Positions 10,060 to 19,884 are shown, counted from the stretch's first letter. The stretch: 64,000 nucleotides of DNA from Pelagibacteraceae bacterium AG-325-E23 (GCA_003282945.1 QBYG01000002.1:30553-94552), one strand, 5' to 3'. Notes: generated by a model from the letters alone, not told the origin. Made by a program: numbers and translations.

Positions 10060-10742
10060 GCTATATTATTCATCTCGTAAAATTTTTTGACCCTTCCTAA
10101 GAATAAATTTTGATACATCTCTAATTCTGCACCTTCTATTTTAAATTCTTGGAACAAAATATCTTTTGTACAAAGTAAAATTATCCCAGCTTTCATCTTT
10201 GTTCCATGAACAATATCATGAGCTAGAGTATATGCTCCAAGTTGTAAAAAATAATCTTGAATATAATCTGTTTTTTTTGGTTTATTGCTCTGTTTAAAAT
10301 CGATAACAACATCATTGCCCTGATAAATGCCAATTAAGTCAGCTGTGCCTGCATATTGTTCGGGATAATACAAAGTTTCTTCAATTCCATAGATTTCATC
10401 TAATTTACTATCTATACCTTTTTCAATTATTTCTTTAGCCATATTTTTAAATTGTTCATTAGTTTCAAAAAAACTTTCATTAATTCTGCCTCTTAAGTAA
10501 TCCTCTATATATGAGTGCATCGATGTTCCTCTTGAAGATGCTTCTGTTTTAATTCTATCAGCTTCTTTAAAGCCTATCCTTTCCCTCCAGTTTGCCAAAG
10601 CAGCTTTTTCTTCGTCAGATTTAGTAGCACTTAATATTGTTGTAACACTTGGAAGTTTTGCTTCACCTAAAGAATATTTTCTATAACCATCCTCAATTGA
10701 TCTTGTGGACTTCGGATAATTAAATTTATTATTCCATTTCAT
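10056..10742 (-). CDS. PD-(D/E)XK exonuclease, phage/MGME1-like
   Basis: LPSVTTILS, WRERIG, RGTSMH, GTADL...IDFKQS, YFLQLGAY. Confidence 0.85.
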   Translation of the reverse strand: MKWNNKFNYPKSTRSIEDGYRKYSLGEAKLPSVTTILSATKSDEEKAALANWRERIGFKEADRIKTEASSRGTSMHSYIEDYLRGRINESFFETNEQFKNMAKEIIEKGIDSKLDEIYGIEETLYYPEQYAGTADLIGIYQGNDVVIDFKQSNKPKKTDYIQDYFLQLGAYTLAHDIVHGTKMKAGIILLCTKDILFQEFKIEGAELEMYQNLFLGRVKKFYEMNNIA

Positions 10743-10778
10743 GCATTTCTTATATGAGAAATTATATTTAAATTAAAT

Positions 10779-11876
10779 TTATTTTTTAGCTTGTCTAGGA
10801 AGGTCTTCAAGTTTTTCTACATTATCTGTTTTAAGAGCTTTTTCGAACTGCTCTGGATCTTTTATGTTTTCCAAAGTTCTCGTAATAGATCTTGCATCCA
10901 TTCCAAACTTATTAACAACAGCCATTGCCTCTTCTAGTTTTTTATTCAAGACTATAATATTATCAAAATGTCTTGAAAACCGTGTGCTAATCGTTTTTAA
11001 ATGAGTATATATTTCAGTTGCTCCCTTTTGAACTTTGAGGGATTGAAAACCCATATGCAAAGACTGTAGGTAAGCAGAGAAAGTGTTTGGTCCACAAATT
11101 ACAATTTTGTGTTTCCTCATTAATTCTTGGGTTAATAATTCTTTTGTGCTTGGATCTTGGTACTCAGTCAATTCTTTATACAAACTTTCAGTTGGTGCAT
11201 AAACGATAGCAAAATCTGTAGTTTTTGGTGGGACTATGTATTTTTCATTTACACTTTTAGCTTTAACTTTAAAGGCTGATGCTAATTTTGCTCTAGCATC
11301 TGCAACAGCTCGTTTATCATCTGCATCATAACCATCAGTGATTGCCTTAAATTTTTCAACTGGGAAATGGGAGTCAACTGGAACCATTACATCACCTTGA
11401 AGTTTAATTGCAAATTCAACGTTTTCACTTGTATCTTCTTTCATTTTAACATTAGTCATGAATTGAGAGGCTGGTAATAAATCTTTAATTAAAGCATCCA
11501 AACTAAATTCAGCAAGCGTTCCATATTTTTTAACACCTGCTAAAATTTTACTTATACCTTCTTGGCTTTGATTCAATAACTGTACTTGTTGATTAAAATT
11601 GCCAACTTTTTCATCTACTTTAGTTAAAGCTTCCGTCATATCTTTAGTAACACCTGTAGAAAGATTATTAAATGAAGTAGACATTGAGCCTAATGAATTA
11701 TTAATAGTATTATTTAAAGTATCTTTTAGAGAAACGATTTCTGACTTTAAATTAGCTATTTCCTCAACATCTTTATTTTCGTTCTCTTCTTTAGGTTTTG
11801 GCCTTAAATTTAGATACAAAATCCCTAAAGTTGCACCAAACAATAAAAGCAAGATTATCAATAGAATCGTATCCAT
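10779..11876 (-). CDS. rmuC: DNA recombination protein RmuC
   Basis: N-terminal TM helix, coiled coil, G.LAE..L, PVDSHFP, KYIVPPKTTDFA, PTESLY, GPNT. Confidence 0.9.
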   Translation of the reverse strand: MDTILLIILLLLFGATLGILYLNLRPKPKEENENKDVEEIANLKSEIVSLKDTLNNTINNSLGSMSTSFNNLSTGVTKDMTEALTKVDEKVGNFNQQVQLLNQSQEGISKILAGVKKYGTLAEFSLDALIKDLLPASQFMTNVKMKEDTSENVEFAIKLQGDVMVPVDSHFPVEKFKAITDGYDADDKRAVADARAKLASAFKVKAKSVNEKYIVPPKTTDFAIVYAPTESLYKELTEYQDPSTKELLTQELMRKHKIVICGPNTFSAYLQSLHMGFQSLKVQKGATEIYTHLKTISTRFSRHFDNIIVLNKKLEEAMAVVNKFGMDARSITRTLENIKDPEQFEKALKTDNVEKLEDLPRQAKK

Positions 11877-11898
11877 AGATTTAAGATAATAGTGAGAG

Positions 11899-12576
11899 TT
11901 AAGAGCTAAGCAAGTTTAAAATTTTCTTCAAACCTTTTTTGTTACCTAATTTTTTATTAAACATTAAAATTGCAGTACTTTTAAGAATATTTCCATCTTT
12001 TAAGACTCTTAGATTATTCGCACGTAAAGTTTCACCTGTACTAGTTATATCTGATAAAATTTCTGATGAACCAGTAAATGGATATACTTCAGTTGCTCCA
12101 AGAGAAGGAACTAATTTAAATTGAGTTACACCTTTTGAAAATAAAAACTCTCTAGTTAGATTTGGATATTTTGTTGCAACTCTCATCCTACTTTTCTTTT
12201 TATCTTTAAAATCAAAGGAAATTTCCTCTAAATCAGCTAGTGTCTGAATATCAATCCACTCGTCTGGAACAGCTAATACTAAAGTTGCATGTCCATATTT
12301 AAGCTTTTTTGCAATATTAACTTTATTTTGGATATTGAATTCAGTTTCTTTTAATAAATCATATCCTGAAAAACCAATATCTAGAGATCCATCACCCAAT
12401 CTTTCGATAATTTCTCTAGCGTGTAGATAAATAATTTTTATACTTTTATTTCCTTTTATATATCCAAAGAGATCTCTATCACCTCTTTCTGATAGAATTT
12501 TGAGATTTTTACTTTTAAATATATTTAAGCTATCTTTTCTTAATCGACCCTTGCTTGGAATACCAATTTTAATCAT
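11899..12576 (-). CDS. hisG: ATP phosphoribosyltransferase, short form
   Basis: IPSKGRL, RVATKYPNLT, GATE, DITSTGETLRANNL. Confidence 0.96.
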   Translation of the reverse strand: MIKIGIPSKGRLRKDSLNIFKSKNLKILSERGDRDLFGYIKGNKSIKIIYLHAREIIERLGDGSLDIGFSGYDLLKETEFNIQNKVNIAKKLKYGHATLVLAVPDEWIDIQTLADLEEISFDFKDKKKSRMRVATKYPNLTREFLFSKGVTQFKLVPSLGATEVYPFTGSSEILSDITSTGETLRANNLRVLKDGNILKSTAILMFNKKLGNKKGLKKILNLLSS

Positions 12577-13618
12577 TTAAACTTATTGCACCTCCAACTG
12601 CTGGAATTTTTTTTGAAGATCCCAAATCAGAAATGAGATTGTCATAACGACCTCCATTAACCTGTATTTTTCTAGAGTTTGAATTTATTATAATCTTAAA
12701 TACCATCCCTGTGTAATATTCCAGATGTCTACCAAAAGAAGATGAAAAATTTACATTTAATTTAGAAACTTTATTTTTTGTGATTGGAAAATAATTTTTA
12801 CCAACAGTAAGATTTATTTTATTTTTTTTAAAAAAAGCATTTAGAGTAGTTGCTACATTACTCATTTTGCAATTAATTTTTAAATATTCCCTTATGATCT
12901 TTACTACATTTTGACCTTTTACTTGTCTTCTAGGATCTTTAATTTTGTTATCAAATCTGATCAGTATTTCTCTTAAGGAACGCCCTGCTATATTTCTGTT
13001 TTGATTTTGCTTGCATAGTTTAAGGTATCTTTTTTTATCTAACTCAACGATAGTTTCATCTACATCTGAATTAGTCTCTAGACGTCTCAATAATTCATTA
13101 AAATAATCCTCTCGCCAAAAATGTCTTTGCAATCTTAGTTTCCACCTCTTTGGAATATCTAATTTATTTATCAATAAGTGAAAAATTTCTACATTTCCAA
13201 TTGTTATACTCCCAGACTTATATCTAAATTTATTTAAAACTTTAATACCAGTATTTATTATTTGCTTATCATCTATTTTTTCATCTTTTGATCCTATGAT
13301 CTCAAAACCTATTTGATCTCTAATAATTTTTTCATTTTTTTTCTGAACTTTTCTAAATGCTTGACCACTATAAAATACTTTTGAAGATCTCTTTTTTTTT
13401 TGATTAAGATATTTGATGCATGAAGCAATAGTTAAGTCAGGTCTTAAACAAATTTCCTTTCCATTCTGATCCATAAATGAAAAAATTAAACTTCTAAATG
13501 ACTCCCCAGATCTCTCAAGAATTAGATTAGTTGGAATTACTGTATCTAAATCTATGTAATCAAATCCACTTGATTTTAAAGATTTAAGTATATTTTCAGA
13601 TAAGTTTTTTGACTTCAT
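12569..13618 (-). CDS. hisZ: ATP phosphoribosyltransferase regulatory subunit
   Basis: CLRPDLT, QIGFEIIG, YYTGMVF, GGRYD; between hisS and short hisG. Confidence 0.92.
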   Translation of the reverse strand: MKSKNLSENILKSLKSSGFDYIDLDTVIPTNLILERSGESFRSLIFSFMDQNGKEICLRPDLTIASCIKYLNQKKKRSSKVFYSGQAFRKVQKKNEKIIRDQIGFEIIGSKDEKIDDKQIINTGIKVLNKFRYKSGSITIGNVEIFHLLINKLDIPKRWKLRLQRHFWREDYFNELLRRLETNSDVDETIVELDKKRYLKLCKQNQNRNIAGRSLREILIRFDNKIKDPRRQVKGQNVVKIIREYLKINCKMSNVATTLNAFFKKNKINLTVGKNYFPITKNKVSKLNVNFSSSFGRHLEYYTGMVFKIIINSNSRKIQVNGGRYDNLISDLGSSKKIPAVGGAISLND

Positions 13619-14990
13619 TTATTAAATCTTTCTTGGGAATTGTTTTGTTGTTCTCACCCTTTACACCCTTTAAATTTTTAATGGTCACTGTATTATCTTT
13701 AAATTCATTTTCTCCACAGATTACTGCAACTGTTAATTGGCGTTTGTTTGCATAAGTAAGCTGCTTACCGAGATTTTTTTTGGTATCTAAAAATATTTCT
13801 GAATTAATATTGTTTTGTCTTAAAAGATCTAAAATTTCGTAGTAGTTTTTTAAGTATTTTTGATCCATCACACACACTAAAACTGGTTTTTGTTCGTCTA
13901 ATTGAAACTGATCTAATTGCATTAATGCAAACAGAAGTCTATCTACACCAAAACTTATACCTGTACCTGGAATATCAACTCCTTTAAACCTTGAAATAAG
14001 TTTTGCATAGGCTCCACCCGAACAAATACTGCCAATATCTACTTCTTTACCTTTATTATTTGTAACTTTAAAATTTAAATTAGTTTCAACTATGAAATCA
14101 GAGTAATACGCCAAGCCTCTGACAATTGTGAAGTTAGTTTTGACTTGATCTAAGTTTGATCCATATCTGAGGAACTCAAAAAAGTCCTCTAATTCCTTGA
14201 TTCCTTCTTGCGATAATGAGTTTTTTAAATTTTTTTTTAATTCATCTAAATCTTTAATTTTTAAATAATCTAATATTTGTGAAACCTGCTTATTATTTAA
14301 GTCTGCACCTTTTGTAATAGCACCACTAGTATCTTTTCTTTCCTTTCTCAAAAGGTCCTCTACACCTTTTATTCCAAATCCAGGCTTATCAAGTTTATCG
14401 ATTGCCCTAATAACTTTTAATTGTTTTTCCTCAGTTATTTGTAATTCATCAAGTAAACCTTGAACTATTTTTCTGTTACTTACATTGATCGTAAACTGAT
14501 CTTTCTTTAATCCACATTCAAAAAGTGTTGCTGAAATTAAATTACAAAGTTCAGCGTTAGCTTGTGATGAACTAACATTTCCTACAATATCAAAATCTGC
14601 CTGCAAAAATTCTCTATATCTTCCATTGCCTGCCTTTTCGTTACGAAATACATTTTGAATAGCATATCTTTTATAAATTGAAGGCAACTCTTGATTATAT
14701 TGAGCAACAAATCTTGCTAGAGGGCTAGATAGGTCATATCTAAGGGTAATATTTTTATCTCCATCTTTAAATGAAAATACATCAGACATAGGATTAGCTT
14801 CATCTTCTGCTAGAAAAGATCCTATATTTTCATTTATTTCGAACGATGGTGTTTCGAGTGGTTCAGCACCAAACTTAATAAAATTATTCTCAATTACTGA
14901 TAACAGCTTTTTTTTGAGAAGAAGTTTCTTATCCCAACGATCCTCAAATCCTGAGGGTAACCCAGGTATTAATTTATTTTCTTTATTCAT
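13596..14990 (-). CDS. hisS: Histidyl-tRNA synthetase
   Basis: LRYDL..PLAR, RNEKAGNGRYREF, VRGLAYY, GISFGVDRL; start moved to ATG 14990 because the ORF-track extension overlaps tRNA-His. Confidence 0.96.
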   Translation of the reverse strand: MNKENKLIPGLPSGFEDRWDKKLLLKKKLLSVIENNFIKFGAEPLETPSFEINENIGSFLAEDEANPMSDVFSFKDGDKNITLRYDLSSPLARFVAQYNQELPSIYKRYAIQNVFRNEKAGNGRYREFLQADFDIVGNVSSSQANAELCNLISATLFECGLKKDQFTINVSNRKIVQGLLDELQITEEKQLKVIRAIDKLDKPGFGIKGVEDLLRKERKDTSGAITKGADLNNKQVSQILDYLKIKDLDELKKNLKNSLSQEGIKELEDFFEFLRYGSNLDQVKTNFTIVRGLAYYSDFIVETNLNFKVTNNKGKEVDIGSICSGGAYAKLISRFKGVDIPGTGISFGVDRLLFALMQLDQFQLDEQKPVLVCVMDQKYLKNYYEILDLLRQNNINSEIFLDTKKNLGKQLTYANKRQLTVAVICGENEFKDNTVTIKNLKGVKGENNKTIPKKDLINEVKKLI

Positions 14991-14994
14991 TTTT

Positions 14995-15069
14995 TGGTAC
15001 CCTGGCTTGGAATTGAACCAAAAACTAAAGTTCCACAAACTTTCGTGATAACCATTTCACCACCAGGGC
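14995..15069 (-). tRNA. tRNA-His(GTG)
   Basis: Minus strand GCCCTGG-TG-GTGA AATGGTTA TCAC-G-AAAGT TT GTG GA ACTTT-...-TTTGG TTCAATT CCAAG-CCAGGGT-A-CCA. Confidence 0.95.
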
Positions 15070-15233
15070 CTGTTATTGTTTTATACTAATTAGAGTTAAA
15101 TTTAAATTTTAAAATAGTTAAATAGCTAGCTGCAAGCCAGCATGAAAATGATGTCTTTTGTGAGATACTAAAATTTTACTATTTTTAATCATGGAGGTTA
15201 AATAGCATTTTAGACTTAAAATGCAAGTATGTA

Positions 15234-15280
15234 TTGTATAGGAATATTCATAGGGTTTACCTACTTTTATTCCTATACAA
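15234..15280 (-). terminator. Long hairpin downstream of the cold-shock gene; probable terminator or 3' structure
   Basis: Perfect 13-bp stem TTGTATAGGAATA/TATTCCTATACAA with inner TAGG/CCTA stem, ~20 nt past the csp stop. Confidence 0.6.
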
Positions 15281-15300
15281 AATTTTAAATGAAATAAATT

Positions 15301-15513
15301 TTAAGAAGTTTTCTTTAAATTCACTGCGCTTGGACCTTTGTCTCCATCCTGAATTTCAAATTCTACAGCGTCGTTCTCATTCAAAAAACGAAGTCCTGCT
15401 TCACGAACTGCGCTTGCATGAACGAAACAATCTTTTTCTCCGTCTTCTCTTTCTATAAACCCGTAGCCCTTCTTACCGTTGAACCACTTTACTTTTCCTT
15501 TTAATGTACTCAT
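15301..15513 (-). CDS. cspA: Cold-shock protein (CspA family)
   Basis: [26 protein letters not shown]. Confidence 0.95.
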   Translation of the reverse strand: MSTLKGKVKWFNGKKGYGFIEREDGEKDCFVHASAVREAGLRFLNENDAVEFEIQDGDKGPSAVNLKKTS

Positions 15514-15631
15514 ACTTTTCTTTTACTCTTTCTTTATTATATTAAACTTAGCTAAACTTCAGCTAGCGGGATAGTTATTAGATTTTAAAATTGAATGCAA
15601 GCATTTTTGCTGCAAGGTTTTATTTCTAAAA

Positions 15632-15707
15632 TGGTGGCTTCGGCGGGACTCGAACCAGCGACACAAGCCTTTTCAGGGCTCTGCTCTACCAACTGAGCTA
15701 CGAAGCC
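15632..15707 (-). tRNA. tRNA-Phe(GAA)
   Basis: Minus strand GGCTTCGTAGCTCAGTTGGTAGAGCAGAGCC CT GAA AA GGCTT...GGTTCGAGTCC...GAAGCCACCA. Confidence 0.97.
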
Positions 15708-15712
15708 ATTAT

Positions 15713-15928
15713 TTAAAACCTAAAAATAATTCTTCCTTTTGTCAAATCATAAGGTGTTACTTCGACTGTTACATTATCACCTTGAAGAACTCTAATCCTA
15801 TTCTTCCTCAACTTTCCAGCTGTGTGAGCTGTAACAATATGATTATTTTCAAGCTTTACTCGGAACATGGCATTAGGTAATAAATCGATTACTTTACCTT
15901 TAAATTCCAATAAATCTTGTTTCGACAA
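15713..15928 (-). CDS. infA: Translation initiation factor IF-1
   Basis: [34 protein letters not shown]. Confidence 0.98.
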   Translation of the reverse strand: MSKQDLLEFKGKVIDLLPNAMFRVKLENNHIVTAHTAGKLRKNRIRVLQGDNVTVEVTPYDLTKGRIIFRF

Positions 15929-15934
15929 ATTTTG

Positions 15935-17200
15935 TTACTCCTTATTTATTCTAGATTTTATACTCAAAGCATGACCTTTTAATTCTTCATACTCAGCGAG
16001 ATGTGTAGCGTATTCTCCTATTTTCTCAACACCTTTTTTTGAAAGAGTTATAAGGCTAATTTTTTTATAAAATTCACTTAAACTTAACCCTGATGAAAAT
16101 TTAGCTGACGCATTAGTTGGTAATACATGATTTGTCCCAACAGCATAGTCGCTTAATGCCATAGGAGAATATTTTCCTATACAAATACTTCCCGCATTAA
16201 CAATTTTATCTTTATACTTTTTATAATTGCCAACATTTATTTCTAAGTGTTCAGGAGCTATCTCATTAATTGCATCAATAATTTGTCTATCATTATATAC
16301 TTTTAAAATTAGTCCATTACTTTTTATACTTTTAGTGGCAATACTTTGCCTTGGTATCTGTTTTAATTTTAATTCTAAATCTTTTTTGAATTTTTTAATC
16401 AAATTTAAATCCTTGGTAATTAATATACACTGTGAATTTGAGTCATGTTCTGCCTGGCCAATCATAGATGTGGTAACTTCATTTAAACTGGTTTTGCTAT
16501 CTGCTAATATTGTTATTTCAGATGGGCCTGCAATCATTCCTTCAATGCCTACATCTCCAAAAACTTGTCTTTTAGCACCAGCTACAAAGATATTGCCAGG
16601 ACCAACAATTTTATTTACTTTTTGAATATAAGCTAAACTACCTATGGCTTGTGCGCCTCCCATTGAATAAATTTCATTAATTCCTATTTTTTTTGCTGCA
16701 TATAAAACTGCAGGATTTAATTTTCCATTATTTTTTGGATTTGCTAGTACAATTCTTTTTACACCCGCTATTTTTGCTGGAATAGCATTCATTAACAAAG
16801 TTGATGGTAAGTTTGCTGGAACATAAATGCCGATAGATTGAATTGGTACGTATTTATATTCTATTTTATTATTTAAATTATCTTTATAAAAAATGTCTTT
16901 AGTTTTTTGTGCAGCATGAAATTTAAGTATACGTTTATAAGCAAAATCTATAGCTCTTTTAATTGTAGGATCTAAAGATTTAATTGCTTTATTAATTTGC
17001 TTAATACCTGGCTTAATTTGACTATTTTTACTAAATTTTTTCTCATATTTTAAAAGACTTTTATTTTTATTATTCTTAATATCTTTTAAAATTTTAGATA
17101 TTATTTTATTTTCATTTTTTTTTTCAGACCTTCTTAAATCTAAAAATTTTGTTAAAACATTTAAGTAATTTTTTTTATTACAATTAATTATTTTTATCAT
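15935..17200 (-). CDS. hisD: Histidinol dehydrogenase
   Basis: GGAQAI, IVGPGN, AGPSE, QAEHD, APEHLE, GTNHVLPT. Confidence 0.97.
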   Translation of the reverse strand: MIKIINCNKKNYLNVLTKFLDLRRSEKKNENKIISKILKDIKNNKNKSLLKYEKKFSKNSQIKPGIKQINKAIKSLDPTIKRAIDFAYKRILKFHAAQKTKDIFYKDNLNNKIEYKYVPIQSIGIYVPANLPSTLLMNAIPAKIAGVKRIVLANPKNNGKLNPAVLYAAKKIGINEIYSMGGAQAIGSLAYIQKVNKIVGPGNIFVAGAKRQVFGDVGIEGMIAGPSEITILADSKTSLNEVTTSMIGQAEHDSNSQCILITKDLNLIKKFKKDLELKLKQIPRQSIATKSIKSNGLILKVYNDRQIIDAINEIAPEHLEINVGNYKKYKDKIVNAGSICIGKYSPMALSDYAVGTNHVLPTNASAKFSSGLSLSEFYKKISLITLSKKGVEKIGEYATHLAEYEELKGHALSIKSRINKE

Positions 17201-17591
17201 TAGCTATTTTTTGATCCTCTAATGTCACTTCAATTACTTCAGCGGCAAGAGTTATAATTCTATTTTTCGAAAATAACATAGTTATTTCAAAATTCTCCCC
17301 TTTCTTAAAAATATCAATTGTTAATAGTTCCAATGTTAGATTAGTGTCATTTTGGTCTATATTCTTAGATTTTGAGGAATTAATAAATTCAAATTTGATA
17401 ATACTATTTATCAATTTATTTTTATTTTCCTCTTCTTTACTAAATCTTGCTATTGAAATTAGGAAAATTTTGTTAGAAGCTAAATATTTAACATCGTAAA
17501 TATTAACTTTACCCTCAGAGCAGCAAGCTGAAATGATATGAAGATCTTCAGGAGTTTGTGCAATTATCTTTTTTAAATACTGGTTTTCCAT
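17184..17591 (-). CDS. DUF2948-family alphaproteobacterial conserved protein
   Basis: EDLHIISAC, EVIEVTLED; usual position between murA and hisD. Confidence 0.75.
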   Translation of the reverse strand: MENQYLKKIIAQTPEDLHIISACCSEGKVNIYDVKYLASNKIFLISIARFSKEEENKNKLINSIIKFEFINSSKSKNIDQNDTNLTLELLTIDIFKKGENFEITMLFSKNRIITLAAEVIEVTLEDQKIANDKNN

Positions 17592-18853
17592 CAATTAACA
17601 CGTCTAATGTTTACCCCAACTTTTCTTAGTTTATTCTCTATATTTTCATATCCTCTATCAAGGTGATAAATTCTATTGATTATAGATGATCCTTTTGCAA
17701 CTATTGCAGCTAAAACTAGTGCAACTGAAGCTCTTAAGTCACTAGACATTAATTCTGCGGCTTGAAAGTTAGTGTCACCTGAAATAAATGCCTTATTTTT
17801 TTTAATTAAAATCTCAGCTCCTAATCTTCTTAATTCAGCTACATGCATAAATCTATTTTCGAAAATACTTTCAGTTATTGAACTTTTGCCTTTAGCCTTA
17901 CAAAGAAGAACCATAAACTGTGCTTGCAGATCTGTAGGAAAGTTTGGATATTCTTTAGTAACTAAATTGGTTAAATTTTTAATTTTTTTTGGACCAGATA
18001 TATGAATTTGTTTTTTGGCTACTTTGATTTTTGCTCCAACTTTTTTTAATAATGATAATTCTGTTTTTATAATTTTTGGGTCAAAATTATTTATTTTTAA
18101 GTTACCTCCGGTTAAACATGCTGCTACACAAAAAGTTCCTGTTTCTATTCTATCAGACATCACTGAATAACTTGTGCTTTCTAAAGATTTAATGCCTTCT
18201 ATCTTCACAGTACGTTTGCCTATAAATTTTATTTTTGCACCACCTGATTTTAAAAAATTTATTAAATCAATTATTTCTGGTTCGATTGCACAGTTTCTAA
18301 GAATGGTAATTCCATTTGCTAAACATGCGGCTATAATTGTATTTTCAGTTGCTCCAACACTAATTTTTGAAAATCTGATTTTTGCACCTTTGAGTTTTTC
18401 TTTCGTATGTGCGTGGATATAGCCTTTCTTAATATCATATTTCATTCCAAGTTTTTTAAGTGCATTCAAATGATAATTTACAGGTCTTGCCCCTATAAGG
18501 CAGCCGCCAGGCAAAGAAGCAATAGACTTTTGATGTTTAGCAACAAGCGCTCCTAAAACTAATATTCCAGCTCTCATCGTTCTAACAAGTGAATATGATG
18601 CAAAAAAATTTTGCTTTTTTTTTTTTGTTATTTTAACAATTTTTCTATTTTTATTAAATTTTATTTCAGAGCCAAGAGATTTTAGAAGATTTATCATTGT
18701 ATTTATGTCTTTAACACGAGGTAAATTTTTTATTATGACCTCTTTTTCGAATAAGATTGTCGATGCCAAAATTGGTAAAGCAGCATTTTTTGAACCCGAA
18801 ATTGAAATTTCGCCCTTTATTTTGCAAGGACCTTTAACAATAAATTTGTCCAT
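17591..18853 (-). CDS. murA: UDP-N-acetylglucosamine 1-carboxyvinyltransferase
   Basis: GSKNAALP, LPGGCLIGARPV, FPTDLQAQ, DLRAS, HLDRGYE. Confidence 0.98.
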   Translation of the reverse strand: MDKFIVKGPCKIKGEISISGSKNAALPILASTILFEKEVIIKNLPRVKDINTMINLLKSLGSEIKFNKNRKIVKITKKKKQNFFASYSLVRTMRAGILVLGALVAKHQKSIASLPGGCLIGARPVNYHLNALKKLGMKYDIKKGYIHAHTKEKLKGAKIRFSKISVGATENTIIAACLANGITILRNCAIEPEIIDLINFLKSGGAKIKFIGKRTVKIEGIKSLESTSYSVMSDRIETGTFCVAACLTGGNLKINNFDPKIIKTELSLLKKVGAKIKVAKKQIHISGPKKIKNLTNLVTKEYPNFPTDLQAQFMVLLCKAKGKSSITESIFENRFMHVAELRRLGAEILIKKNKAFISGDTNFQAAELMSSDLRASVALVLAAIVAKGSSIINRIYHLDRGYENIENKLRKVGVNIRRVN

Positions 18854-18855
18854 TA

Positions 18856-19410
18856 TTATATTTTTGGAAGTGTAACTCCCTTTTGACCTTGGTACTTACC
18901 ATTTCTATCTGCATATGAAACAGCTGGATCCTCATTGCCCTTAATAAAAACAAACTGAGCAACTCCTTCATTAGCGTAAATTTTTGCCGGTAACGGTGTT
19001 GTATTAGAAAATTCTAATGTAACATGTCCCTCCCAACCTGGTTCGAGAGGTGTGACGTTGACAATTATTCCACATCTTGCATATGTAGATTTTCCTAAAC
19101 ATATAACCAAAACATTTTTTGGAATCTTAAAATATTCTACTGTTCTTGCTAATACGAATGAATTGGGTGGTATTATGCATTCAGATGAGTTTTTAGTAAT
19201 AAAATTTGAGGATTTAAAATTTTTTGGATCTACAATTTCGGAATTTACGTTGGTAAAAATTTTAAATTCATCAGAAACTCTCGCATCATATCCATACGAT
19301 GATACACCAAATGATATTTTGTCTCCTCTAACTTGTTTGTCTTCAAAAGGAGAGATCATATCATTATCTCTGGCCATTTGTATAATCCACTTATCAGATT
19401 GGACCGACAT
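18856..19410 (-). CDS. dcd: dCTP deaminase
   Basis: [24 protein letters not shown]. Confidence 0.97.
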   Translation of the reverse strand: MSVQSDKWIIQMARDNDMISPFEDKQVRGDKISFGVSSYGYDARVSDEFKIFTNVNSEIVDPKNFKSSNFITKNSSECIIPPNSFVLARTVEYFKIPKNVLVICLGKSTYARCGIIVNVTPLEPGWEGHVTLEFSNTTPLPAKIYANEGVAQFVFIKGNEDPAVSYADRNGKYQGQKGVTLPKI

Positions 19411-19514
19411 TATTTATTTTTTTTCTTTGTTTTTTTTTGGAATTCTTTTCTTTTTTTTAAATTTTTTCTTAAGGCAAGTTCAAGTTTACTAAAATTATTC
19501 TTTTTTGAACTCAT
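19410..19514 (-). CDS. 34-aa Lys-rich small protein (not in ORF track)
   Basis: ATG 19514: [34 protein letters not shown]; its TAA overlaps the dcd ATG (TAATG); starts 3 nt after the upstream stop. Confidence 0.7.
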   Translation of the reverse strand: MSSKKNNFSKLELALRKNLKKRKEFQKKTKKKNK

Positions 19515-19517
19515 TAT

Positions 19518-19715
19518 TTATTTTTTGTCAGGATTTGTAAGATGGTCAAGCGTTATAACCTGGTCAAGAGGAATTGTTTTATCTTCTTCAATTTTTACTG
19601 GGCCAGTTTTCACCTGTTTTTTTGCTCTTTTTTCTGCAAGCTTTTTTTCTCTTTTAGCTTTTTTTTCCATGAGCTTTGCATTTTTATTAGCTCCATATGT
19701 GTAGTGAATTCCCAT
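19518..19715 (-). CDS. Small basic hypothetical protein (65 aa)
   Basis: ATG start with GAGGA upstream; Lys-rich helix; first gene of the dcd-murA-hisD-infA run. Confidence 0.7.
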   Translation of the reverse strand: MGIHYTYGANKNAKLMEKKAKREKKLAEKRAKKQVKTGPVKIEEDKTIPLDQVITLDHLTNPDKK

Positions 19716-19810
19716 AACATTTTCCTCAAATAGATATAACGTATTTTAAAAAAAAAATTAAGGCAATAATTTGAAAAAATTAAATTTATACACTAATTTA
19801 AGTAAATATT

Positions 19811-19884
19811 GCCCCTATAGTTAAATGGTATAACACATCCATGGTAAGGATGAGTTTCCAGTTCAATTCTGGATGGGGGCACCA
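19811..19884 (+). tRNA. tRNA-Thr(GGT)
   Basis: GCCCCTA-TA-GTTA AATGGTA TAAC-A-CATCC AT GGT AA GGATG-...-TCCAG TTCAATT CTGGA-TGGGGGC-A-CCA. Confidence 0.95.

Noticed and set aside
14991-15038. N-terminal extension of hisS given by the ORF track
   Set aside because: Overlaps tRNA-His; ATG at 14990 is the plausible start
15234-15458. 74-aa plus-strand ORF
   Set aside because: Antisense to the csp gene and starts within its downstream hairpin
19836-19852. Purine (A) at position 32 of tRNA-Thr(GGT)
   Set aside because: A32 occurs in other bacterial tRNA-Thr(GGU) genes; not novel
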